Source: a virus. From it: a DNA stretch of 17,475 nucleotides. The stretch lies in the IMG/VR virus record IMGVR_UViG_3300018080_008418, one strand, 5' to 3'. This document shows positions 6,633 through 13,365 of the stretch, piece after piece. Under the pieces are notes generated by a model. It did not search any database. It was not told where the DNA came from and worked only from the letters and a program-made list of their open reading frames with translations. Numbering within the stretch: the stretch's first letter is position 1; every line of letters starts with the position of its first letter. The position numbers were made by a program, and so were the translations under genes.

Positions 6633-8256
6633 TGAAGCCAGTCTAGATTTCTGGATCAAGCATGGCTACAACGTCATGTTCAAGGGCCGACATGGTGTGG
6701 GCAAGACATCCATCGTCAAGGAAGCCTTCGACCGTGCGAAGTTGAAGTGGCGGTACTTCAGTGCTGCTACGATGGACCCGTGGGTGGATTTCATCGGCGT
6801 GCCGAAAGAGCAACAGAATGGTCATGGTTCCTATCTCGAATTGGTGCGCCCGATTGAGTTTCAACAGGACACGGTTGAAGCTATTTTCTTGGACGAATTC
6901 AATCGTGCCCACAAGAAGGTCCGCAATGCGGTCATGGAGCTAATTCAATTTCGCTCGATCAATGGAAAGAAATTCAACAATCTGAGGATGATCTGGGCGG
7001 CGATCAACCCGGATGAGGAAGAAGAGTACGATGTCGAGGTGCTGGACCCGGCCCAACGAGATCGCTTCCCGATCCAAGTGGAGCTTCCATACAGGCCGCA
7101 TCTGCCATACTTCATCGAGGTCTATGGCGAGGAAACCGCCCGAGGGGCCGTAAGTTGGTGGCAGGATCTCCCCGACGATCAGAAGGATTTGGTCTCGCCA
7201 CGCCGTTTGGATTACGCCCTGGACGTGCTCTCGAAGGGTGGCAACGTGCGAGACGTGGTTCCGGCCTCGGCCAATATTTCCAATTTGCTCACAACGATTA
7301 AAACCGGTCCCGTTGCGGATCGGTTGCAACGTTTCTGTGACCAGAGCGATGAAGAGGGCGCACGGAAATTCTTGGCTTCGGAGAATCAATACTCAGCCGC
7401 CATTGGCTACATAGTCTCCAAGCGAACGTACCTCGAATTCTTCGTGCCGCTGTTGGGCGACGAGAAGATCAGCCTGCTAATTGCCACAGAGAAATCCGTC
7501 TTTGATTATGCGGTCCAAGCCGCACGATTGGACCGTCGAATTCGTCAAATCATTGCGGACATCATCAGGGCGGATGCCAACAAGAAGTTGGTGAGGAAGC
7601 TGAAGAAAGAGTTTGCTGGCGACCCCAATGCACCGGCGTTGTTTGGCGCTGGCTACTTGTTGCCGACTGGCGAGTTGATTGGCGATGATACGCCTGAGAA
7701 TTCGTATTTCAAGAGTCAGATCACCTCGACAACGATGGTGGATAATTGGCACAGGCGATCCAACAACATCAGCCAGACACATGATCGCAGGAAGCTTTTG
7801 GAAGAGATTAAGGATCGCATGCCCTGTCGCCTTACAACGGATGAGGCACTGAAGATGCTTCGTGTCTTTTCCAACATTGCTGCTCGTTGTCAGCAAAAGA
7901 CGATGAAAGGTTGGGGCGGCTCCTCATTTAAGTGGGTCGGCATGGTCAATCATTGTGTTGAGCAGATCCACAAGAACGACAATGCAACGTGGCCAGAAAT
8001 GGTTGCGGCGCACAAGATCGACCAGATGGGCATTTTCGCTAAATTGGCCGAGGGCGGATTTGGCAACAAGATCTACACGCCCAACAGGAAACTGAAAGTG
8101 CCCGCAGGACAAAAGCAGCCCAATCCGCTCAAGGGGAAGAAATTCTCCAAGACCGGCAATGCCCCCGCTGTTGGGAAAACGTGCCCCAACTGTCAGGCCA
8201 TCGTGGGCTGTAGAACGAAGTTTTGTAAGTGTGGACATAAATTTTACGGACCATGA
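6625..8256 (+). CDS. MoxR-like AAA+ ATPase (AAA_5/dynein-related type) with a C-terminal zinc ribbon.
   Basis: The Walker A motif is 'GRHGVGKTS'. The Walker B and MoxR signature is 'IFLDEFNRAHKKVRNAVMELIQ'. The C-terminus reads 'GKTCPNCQAIVGCRTKFCKCGHKF', a CxxC...CxC arrangement. ATG 6625 overlaps the upstream stop and has a GAGGG RBS. Confidence 0.75.
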   Translation: MISEASLDFWIKHGYNVMFKGRHGVGKTSIVKEAFDRAKLKWRYFSAATMDPWVDFIGVPKEQQNGHGSYLELVRPIEFQQDTVEAIFLDEFNRAHKKVRNAVMELIQFRSINGKKFNNLRMIWAAINPDEEEEYDVEVLDPAQRDRFPIQVELPYRPHLPYFIEVYGEETARGAVSWWQDLPDDQKDLVSPRRLDYALDVLSKGGNVRDVVPASANISNLLTTIKTGPVADRLQRFCDQSDEEGARKFLASENQYSAAIGYIVSKRTYLEFFVPLLGDEKISLLIATEKSVFDYAVQAARLDRRIRQIIADIIRADANKKLVRKLKKEFAGDPNAPALFGAGYLLPTGELIGDDTPENSYFKSQITSTTMVDNWHRRSNNISQTHDRRKLLEEIKDRMPCRLTTDEALKMLRVFSNIAARCQQKTMKGWGGSSFKWVGMVNHCVEQIHKNDNATWPEMVAAHKIDQMGIFAKLAEGGFGNKIYTPNRKLKVPAGQKQPNPLKGKKFSKTGNAPAVGKTCPNCQAIVGCRTKFCKCGHKFYGP

Positions 8257-8474
8257 GTAAACAGACAGAGGAAATGAGGGCCTTCATCGAGCGGGCCAGG
8301 GCTGGAGACCTAAACGCACTCGAACGAATAAGAACGTATTTGCAAAATCATGCGTTCCCCCTGTTCGGCGAAGAATTGTGGCCGCAGGACGAGCGCCAAT
8401 TCGTGCTTGAATCAGACGAACGTTCCATTGAAACCCTGGAGATCATTATCGACTACATCGAGGAGGCTGAGTAG
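8253..8474 (+). CDS. Small acidic hypothetical protein of 73 aa.
   Basis: ATGA overlap with the AAA+ gene stop; translationally coupled. Confidence 0.5.
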   Translation: MSKQTEEMRAFIERARAGDLNALERIRTYLQNHAFPLFGEELWPQDERQFVLESDERSIETLEIIIDYIEEAE

Positions 8475-8617
8475 TGACTTACACCTGGGTGTTCATTTGT
8501 GATCTGGTGGGTGGTTGCGGGGCGGTCATCAAGATCAAGTCAGATCGGTACGGTGGGCATACCTTCATCAACTGTCCGGTGTGCCACAGAAATGCAGGGC
8601 TCAAGCACAAAGAATGA
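8474..8617 (+). CDS. Putative 47-aa zinc-ribbon protein, below the 60-aa cutoff of the ORF track.
   Basis: A GTG start follows AGGAGG at 8461-8466 by 7 nt. The product 'VTYTWVFICDLVGGCGAVIKIKSDRYGGHTFINCPVCHRNAGLKHKE' has a Cx5C...CxxC arrangement. Its stop TGA at 8615-8617 overlaps ATG 8614 of the next gene in an ATGA junction. Confidence 0.35.
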   Translation: MTYTWVFICDLVGGCGAVIKIKSDRYGGHTFINCPVCHRNAGLKHKE

Positions 8618-9879
8618 CGAACCTTCTTTCCCAAGAAGATTTTCTGAGCATCTGCATGGAGTTGGAAGAACACCATGCAGTTTTCTATCAACTCTGGACG
8701 ATGGGCAAGCCAGTCTTCACTTCGTCCGTTGAGACGGCGGCGGTGTGTTTTGACCACCAGGGGCAATGGGTGGAGTTTGTTTTCAATCCCGATTATTGGA
8801 AGGGCCTGGATCACTACCAGCGCAAGTTTGTCATCTGCCACGAGTGTTTGCATGTCATCTTGAATCACGGCTTGCGGATCAACAGTATTGGTCAGTTCAA
8901 CCATGACGCCGTGAACGCTTGTTTGGACGTGGTTGTCAACGAGTCGTTGGTGCGTGGTTTCGGATTCGACCGCAAACGCTTGGGGCGTCTCACCAAGAAC
9001 GGCTGTTGGGTGGACACCGTTTATCCCAATCGCAAAGACATCCCCGCTGATGCTGCTTTCGAGTATTACTTGAATCAGCTTCCCAAGGTGAAACTTCCCC
9101 TCCATATCGCTGGCCTACTTGGCGGCATCGACGATCACACCGGATTGGCCGGTTCGGTGTGGGAGGATGCGATTGATGAATTGGACAAACATCTCACGCC
9201 GCAGGAAAAGGAAACGCTCAAAGACTTCATCCGGCGAAATTATCAGACAGATGATGAGGGCGAGAAAGAAAGGGTGCGTCGTGGGGAAGGTTGCGGTGGA
9301 TGGTCTTTCATCAACACCGGTCCTGTCAAGAAGAAGAAGAAATGGGAGTCGGTCATAAAACGGTGGTCGAAGAAGTACGACCGAGCCGAGCTTAGGGATG
9401 TTGAGCAATGGGCAAGATTGAATCGTCGCCTCACCTCCCTGTCTTCCGATCTTATGCTTCCCAGTGAAATGGAGACGGAGCATGATATGGACGGCAAGAT
9501 CCAGGTGTGGTTTTTCCAAGACACCTCTGGCTCTTGCTGGCACCTGAAAGACCGATTCTTCAAGGCCGCACGGTCGCTGGACCCGAAACGGTTTGATGTG
9601 CGCATGTTCTGTTTCGATACCAAGGTCAAAGAAATAGACATAACCGAGGGGAAGATTTATGGAGGGGGTGGAACCCGCTTTGATATTTTGGAAACAGAAA
9701 TTCAAGCAAAACGAGCGACGAAGGGTAATTATCCCGAGGCGGTCTTCGTCATTACAGATGGCTACGGAACGCCCGTCGCCCCGGAAAAACCCGAACGATG
9801 GTATTGGTTCCTCAGTCATAGCCACCGCCGTTGCATTCCCCAAGAGTCAAATGTGTACATGCTCAATGATTTTGAATGA
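8614..9879 (+). CDS. HExxH metallopeptidase-like N-domain plus von Willebrand A (MIDAS) C-domain protein; typical partner of MoxR ATPases.
   Basis: 'VICHECLHVILNH' contains the HExxH motif. 'VWFFQDTSGSC' contains the DxSxS MIDAS motif. The first in-frame ATG is at 8614; the track's 8515 start is a GTG lying within the small zinc-ribbon ORF. Confidence 0.65.
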   Translation: MTNLLSQEDFLSICMELEEHHAVFYQLWTMGKPVFTSSVETAAVCFDHQGQWVEFVFNPDYWKGLDHYQRKFVICHECLHVILNHGLRINSIGQFNHDAVNACLDVVVNESLVRGFGFDRKRLGRLTKNGCWVDTVYPNRKDIPADAAFEYYLNQLPKVKLPLHIAGLLGGIDDHTGLAGSVWEDAIDELDKHLTPQEKETLKDFIRRNYQTDDEGEKERVRRGEGCGGWSFINTGPVKKKKKWESVIKRWSKKYDRAELRDVEQWARLNRRLTSLSSDLMLPSEMETEHDMDGKIQVWFFQDTSGSCWHLKDRFFKAARSLDPKRFDVRMFCFDTKVKEIDITEGKIYGGGGTRFDILETEIQAKRATKGNYPEAVFVITDGYGTPVAPEKPERWYWFLSHSHRRCIPQESNVYMLNDFE

Positions 9880-10108
9880 TTGCACCCTTAGAAAAAAGTG
9901 AAGAAAAATCGTTTGCGAGTCTACTACATTATTAAGAATGCATTAGTTGGTTTGCCTGCATGGTAACCCACTAGTGCCGGGAAGGAATCTTTTCCTCCCC
10001 CATGACCGGGCGAAAATCAACCCGGTCGAGTTCGTCTTTCCTCCTTCGTGCGGGAAGCGGCTGAAGGCTTGGCTGTTTTCCGCACGACTTTTTTTGCGCA
10101 AAGAGGGG

Positions 10109-10137
10109 TTTACAAAACGGCATTGTTGGCATACAAT
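10109..10137 (+). promoter_or_regulatory. Near-consensus sigma-70 promoter upstream of tRNA-Met.
   Basis: TTTACA (10109-10114), an exact 17-nt spacer, then TACAAT (10132-10137). Confidence 0.55.
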
Positions 10138-10284
10138 ACATGTGTTGGAGATTTGGCTGTTGCAGTAAATTTCCTGCACGAAGGAGGGAAGATGGGGCCG
10201 GGAGGCCAGGAAATCCAGATTGGTGCAGAAAATTTCCTGTGTTTGGCGAACCTTTTTTCGCCATCGACACTCTATATAACACAT

Positions 10285-10358
10285 AGCGGGGTGGAGCAGT
10301 CCGGTAGCTCGGGAGGCTCATAACCTCCAGGTCGCAGGTTCGAATCCTGCCCCCGCCA
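10285..10358 (+). tRNA. tRNA-Met (CAT), initiator-like.
   Basis: Cloverleaf read directly: acceptor AGCGGGG pairs with CCCCGCC with an A1xC72 mismatch; U8 G9; D-arm GAGC-AGTCCGGTA-GCTC with A11:U24; anticodon arm GGAGG-CTCATAA-CCTCC; T-arm GCAGG-TTCGAAT-CCTGC; discriminator A. Confidence 0.8.
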
Positions 10359-10575
10359 CTAACTATCGCCCCACGGCGAGTCCCCAATGGGGAGCGAGTA
10401 ATCGTCAGCCGTGAATTACCGTGAGGATGGGAGAGATGTTGACAAGCCGAACAGATAGACGTAGCTGGAAATGCAGCCACCATATTATTTGGTGCCACGC
10501 TACCAGTGCGTCCTGATCGACTTGCGGCATGCAGCCGGTGAAGGACACCAAACCTGAGCCGGAAGAGATGATTAG

Positions 10576-10611
10576 AAGCCCTCGGCTCAGGTGAGCCGAG
10601 GGCTTTTTTTT
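10576..10611 (+). terminator. Rho-independent terminator.
   Basis: GAAGCCCTCGGCTCA-ggtg-AGCCGAGGGCTT is followed by T8. Confidence 0.85.
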
Positions 10612-10676
10612 GTGAAAGGAGCAGTAGGTGAACGACACCGAATGTAAAATCTGAACTTGAGGGAAAAATCGTCGCC

Positions 10677-10862
10677 GTGTATCCTGACCAAGGCGTGGTC
10701 ATGGTGAAGGACGATAAGAAGCTCGCCGATTGGCGACTTGACATCCTTGAGTACGAAGACCTAGAAGCCCTTGGCTTGGAGCCTGACTTTTGGTGGGAAG
10801 GGCAAAGAGTCAAAGTAAATTTCAAAAATGGAGAACCATCACATGTACAACTCGGAGCATGA
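10677..10862 (+). CDS. Small hypothetical protein; start uncertain (GTG 10677, or ATG 10701).
   Basis: The + ORF ends in an ATGA overlap with the next gene. No strong RBS for either candidate start. Confidence 0.35.
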   Translation: MYPDQGVVMVKDDKKLADWRLDILEYEDLEALGLEPDFWWEGQRVKVNFKNGEPSHVQLGA

Positions 10863-11182
10863 CTGACAACGTTACATTCCCCGACTGGCTGCCGCCCTAT
10901 TTGGAGCGGAGCGAGATCTTGGGGAAGCTTGCCAACTGGTTAAAGGAAGGCAAGTCGGACGAAGACATCGCCAGGATGTGGAATTCAACAGCAGAGAAAG
11001 TTCATGATCTGCGAACCCACTGGAGCATGATACGAGACGGCGAGTGCCCGCATTGCGGAGACAAGAGATACGATTGGGACAAGAAAGAATGCCCTAATCG
11101 ACGATGCATAACAAATTGGTATATTCCGCCGCATTGGAGAGAAGGCGGTAAGAAGAAAGGGAAGAAAGGGAAGAAAAAATGA
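10859..11182 (+). CDS. Hypothetical Cys-containing protein of 107 aa with a Lys-rich tail.
   Basis: ATG 10859 is in an ATGA junction. The motif 'CPHCGDKRYDWDKKECPNRRC' suggests Zn binding. Confidence 0.5.
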   Translation: MTDNVTFPDWLPPYLERSEILGKLANWLKEGKSDEDIARMWNSTAEKVHDLRTHWSMIRDGECPHCGDKRYDWDKKECPNRRCITNWYIPPHWREGGKKKGKKGKKK

Positions 11183-11226
11183 TGATGCTCAACAGGTTGA
11201 AACGCAGGGTTACGAATGGCTACACG

Positions 11227-11299
11227 CCCTCGTAACTCAGTTGGTAGAGTTGGGAGCTTTTAACTCTCGGGTCGTAGGTTCGAGTCCTACCGGGGGCAC
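11227..11299 (+). tRNA. tRNA-Lys (TTT).
   Basis: Acceptor GCCCTCG pairs with CGGGGGC; D-arm ACTC-AGTTGGTA-GAGT; anticodon arm GGGAG-CTTTTAA-CTCTC; T-arm GTAGG-TTCGAGT-CCTAC; discriminator A. Confidence 0.8.
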
Positions 11300-11355
11300 T
11301 GAGACTTTCCGACAAAATGTCCGGAGGTTACTCATATATACCTTGGAGGTGTAAT

Positions 11356-11802
11356 ATGAGTAACCCAAAGGCTAAAGGTGAAAAAGGACAAAAGGTAGTA
11401 ATAGGAGAATTGGCAAAGCATGACATTGAGGTGTTGATTCCGCTGAGCGATAACCTGCCATACGATTTGGTAATTGATTGGCAAGGCAGGCTGTTGAAGT
11501 GCCAAGTGAAGTCAAGCGACTATCGGCCTTCTAAAGCAAGTGGAATGGTGGAGTTCAGTCTGAAAACAAACAACTGGTACAAGAAAACCAGCAAGACGTA
11601 TTCAGCGGATGAGATAGATGTGATGCTTTTGTGTGACTTGCGTGATTGGAGTGTGTATGTGCTAGGTCCAAAGGATTTCGATGGACGGTCATCATTCGCC
11701 ATGCGTGACGAAGCAGCCAAGAACGGCCAAAAGAAAGGCGTCAATCTTCGTGAAGACTACTTGCTGTCAGAGGCCACCTTGACGAGAAAGCTGAGCCTAT
11801 AG
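11356..11802 (+). CDS. Putative PD-(D/E)xK-fold nuclease (Hjc/restriction-endonuclease-like core) of 148 aa.
   Basis: A GGAGG RBS lies 6 nt before ATG 11356. 'GEKGQKVVIGELAKHDIEVLIPLSDNLPYDLVIDWQGRLLKCQVKSS' matches the E...D...(E/Q)xK architecture of Hjc-like nucleases. The gene lies between tRNA-Lys and the interrupted tRNA. Confidence 0.35.
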   Translation: MSNPKAKGEKGQKVVIGELAKHDIEVLIPLSDNLPYDLVIDWQGRLLKCQVKSSDYRPSKASGMVEFSLKTNNWYKKTSKTYSADEIDVMLLCDLRDWSVYVLGPKDFDGRSSFAMRDEAAKNGQKKGVNLREDYLLSEATLTRKLSL

Positions 11803-11886
11803 CTCAATTGGTAGAGCATCGGACTTACAGGCCAGACCGCCTACAAGTTAATCCGAAGGTTTCCGGTTCGATCCCGGATGGGCTCA
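11793..11886 (+). tRNA. tRNA-Asn (GTT)-like, 94 nt, with a 21-nt insertion between nt 33 and 34. It would read Val-TAC instead if the insertion were placed at 37/38.
   Basis: A canonical body: acceptor GAGCCTA pairs with TGGGCTC; U8 A9; D-arm GCTC-AATTGGTA-GAGC; anticodon stem TCGGA pairs with TCCGA; variable loop AGGTT; T-arm TCCGG-TTCGATC-CCGGA. The anticodon loop is 28 nt, CT[TACAGGCCAGACCGCCTACAA]GTTAA. The insert can form its own AGGC/GCCT hairpin. Confidence 0.6.
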
Positions 11887-11888
11887 CT

Positions 11889-12092
11889 ATGGGAAGAAAA
11901 CAATCACCAAGTACAAAAAGGCTGCGAAAGCGGAGGATAAGTTTGGCAAAAAGGGCCAAGGAAGAGGGTGTGACCATAGAGCACCTTGAAGAATTAGACT
12001 ACCACTACCCAGACAGGGAGACAATGCAGAGTCCCTATTGTTTGTGTGAAGTGTGTATGGCCAACTTCAACAGGCGACAGAACCCTTTATAG
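11889..12092 (+). CDS. Small basic hypothetical protein of 67 aa, doubtful.
   Basis: The ATG lies 3 nt after the tRNA and has no RBS. Its TAG stop is formed by U8-A9-G10 of the downstream tRNA-His. Confidence 0.2.
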   Translation: MGRKQSPSTKRLRKRRISLAKRAKEEGVTIEHLEELDYHYPDRETMQSPYCLCEVCMANFNRRQNPL

Positions 12093-12153
12093 CTCAATGG
12101 AAGAGCGGCGGTTTGTGGAGCCGCTAGTGCAGGTTCGACTCCTGCTGAAGGGA
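12083..12153 (+). tRNA. tRNA-His (GTG), non-canonical: no encoded G-1, and A73.
   Basis: Acceptor CCCTTTA pairs with TGAAGGG; D-arm GCTC-AATGGAA-GAGC; anticodon arm GCGGT-TTGTGGA-GCCGC; T-arm GCAGG-TTCGACT-CCTGC; discriminator A. Nucleotide -1 is A. Confidence 0.65.
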
Positions 12154-12158
12154 CTAAG

Positions 12159-12572
12159 ATGAAAGAAGTGAAAGGACCGCTTTATCAAGCGAAGGGAGTG
12201 TTGAGGTATTCGGAGGGCTTCAGGTTGGTCGTTGAGGTCGATCAGGAGTTGGCGAATTACTACCGGTCGATGATACCGAAGTGGAAGGTGGTCAACCGGC
12301 AGATGTACCCAGCACACGTGACCGTCGTAAGGGGGCAAAAGGAAACGCCGCCTAATACAGAGCCATGGGAGAGATACCAAGGCGAGTTGGTTGAATACAC
12401 GTACAGCCCAATCGTGCATGAAGGCACGGTGTACTACTGGTTGAATGTGTTTTCAACAAGGTTAGAAGAGGTGAGGCGTGAACTGGGTCTTCCAGTTCAT
12501 AGCGAGTACACCTTGCCGCCCGGTGGGTTTACTAGGTGCTTTCACATGACGTTGGGGAACAAGAAAGAATGA
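12159..12572 (+). CDS. 2H phosphoesterase superfamily protein (LigT / cyclic-phosphodiesterase / Acb1-like) of 137 aa.
   Basis: Two H-x-T-x motifs flanked by hydrophobic residues, 'PAHVTVVRG' and 'CFHMTLGN', about 77 aa apart. This is the defining signature of the 2H family. The gene sits inside the tRNA cluster. Confidence 0.5.
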   Translation: MKEVKGPLYQAKGVLRYSEGFRLVVEVDQELANYYRSMIPKWKVVNRQMYPAHVTVVRGQKETPPNTEPWERYQGELVEYTYSPIVHEGTVYYWLNVFSTRLEEVRRELGLPVHSEYTLPPGGFTRCFHMTLGNKKE

Positions 12573-12997
12573 GAAAGAAAATAGAAGAAGGAAGCTTCTG
12601 GGGGAATGTGAGCACGGGCGCAGTCCGAAAAGTTACTGGCTTCTTTGTCGAGTCAGTGCAGTACAGGGAGTACAATCAAGGTTGCAAGACGGCCATCCAA
12701 GGCCAACTTCTTCCGGCCTCGTTGAGGGCTTGGGGGAAGGAGATGACCGAGGAGAATGCACGAAGGGCATTTCCCAACTTGGATGAAATTGATGCGGCCA
12801 CGGACGTAGAAAACAGCAAGCGTAATCGAAGGATTGTGCAGGCATTGAGCGACGAGATGGACATGGCCATCTTCCACGTCGAGCAGGATGTTCGTGACTT
12901 GGAAGAAGAAGTGGTTCGGGGTAAAATGAGTCACAAGGCCATCGCTCGTAAACTGGACGGTATAGCCATGAAGCTAGGAGCTTTGCAAAATGGTTGA
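12569..12997 (+). CDS. Hypothetical protein of 142 aa.
   Basis: ATGA overlap at 12569-12572 with the upstream gene. Confidence 0.5.
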   Translation: MRKKIEEGSFWGNVSTGAVRKVTGFFVESVQYREYNQGCKTAIQGQLLPASLRAWGKEMTEENARRAFPNLDEIDAATDVENSKRNRRIVQALSDEMDMAIFHVEQDVRDLEEEVVRGKMSHKAIARKLDGIAMKLGALQNG

Positions 12998-13262
12998 TTA
13001 TGCGACAGCGAAGTTGACACCGGTCGATCCAGCGGAGTTGGCGGGCAAGACGATCAAAGAAGTTGATGCATCGTCTTCCAACGTCTTGCTGATCGAGTTT
13101 ACGGATGGGACGAGTGTTGCGATTGAATCGCATCACAACTTCCATGGGATGGATCACTACGAGATTATGGAGATGACCGATGCTGTGCCCGATAACGGAG
13201 GCAGCCAAAGCCGTTTGCAAAAAATGGAATCTGGGAGACGAAAGCGTGCGAGAAGTGGCTGA
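12990..13262 (+). CDS. Hypothetical protein of 90 aa; its 3' end overlaps the next ORF by about 80 nt.
   Basis: ATG 12990 overlaps the upstream stop. The frame stays open to 13262. Confidence 0.4.
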   Translation: MVDYATAKLTPVDPAELAGKTIKEVDASSSNVLLIEFTDGTSVAIESHHNFHGMDHYEIMEMTDAVPDNGGSQSRLQKMESGRRKRARSG

Positions 13263-13365
13263 CTTGATCGCCGAGACGATTCACAAAGTTGAAGCACGGA
13301 TTGAGAATGACAGACATATAAGGATGCTGGCTGACGCCACTGGTTACGGTCCAGATTTTTCATGA
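13180..13365 (+). CDS. Hypothetical protein of 61 aa.
   Basis: A GGAG RBS lies 7 nt before ATG 13180. The stop overlaps ATG 13362 in an ATGA junction. Confidence 0.4.
   Translation: MLCPITEAAKAVCKKWNLGDESVREVADLIAETIHKVEARIENDRHIRMLADATGYGPDFS

Noticed and set aside
6940-8238. Minus-strand ORFs inside the AAA+ gene (6940-7389, 7477-7896, 7924-8238).
   Set aside because: They are antisense to a + frame with clear Walker A and Walker B MoxR motifs.
8479-9879. Minus-strand ORFs 8479-9105 and 9115-9843, 208 and 242 aa.
   Set aside because: They are antisense to the HExxH/vWA gene, whose + frame carries recognisable HExxH and DxSxS motifs.
10192-10323. Small + ORF with a strong GAAGGAGGGAAG RBS downstream of the consensus promoter.
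   Set aside because: It reads straight through the tRNA-Met gene, so the promoter most likely serves the tRNA. The RBS-like sequence may be incidental. It cannot be fully excluded as a leader peptide.
10439-10467. TTGACA-N17-TAGCTG promoter-like site downstream of tRNA-Met.
   Set aside because: The -35 is perfect but the -10 matches only 2 of 6 positions. It lies in a 3' trailer just before a terminator, with nothing to drive.
9971-10825. 284-aa minus-strand ORF spanning the tRNA-Met region.
   Set aside because: It covers a promoter, a complete tRNA gene and a strong + terminator, and its product is Ser/Arg/Pro-rich low complexity.
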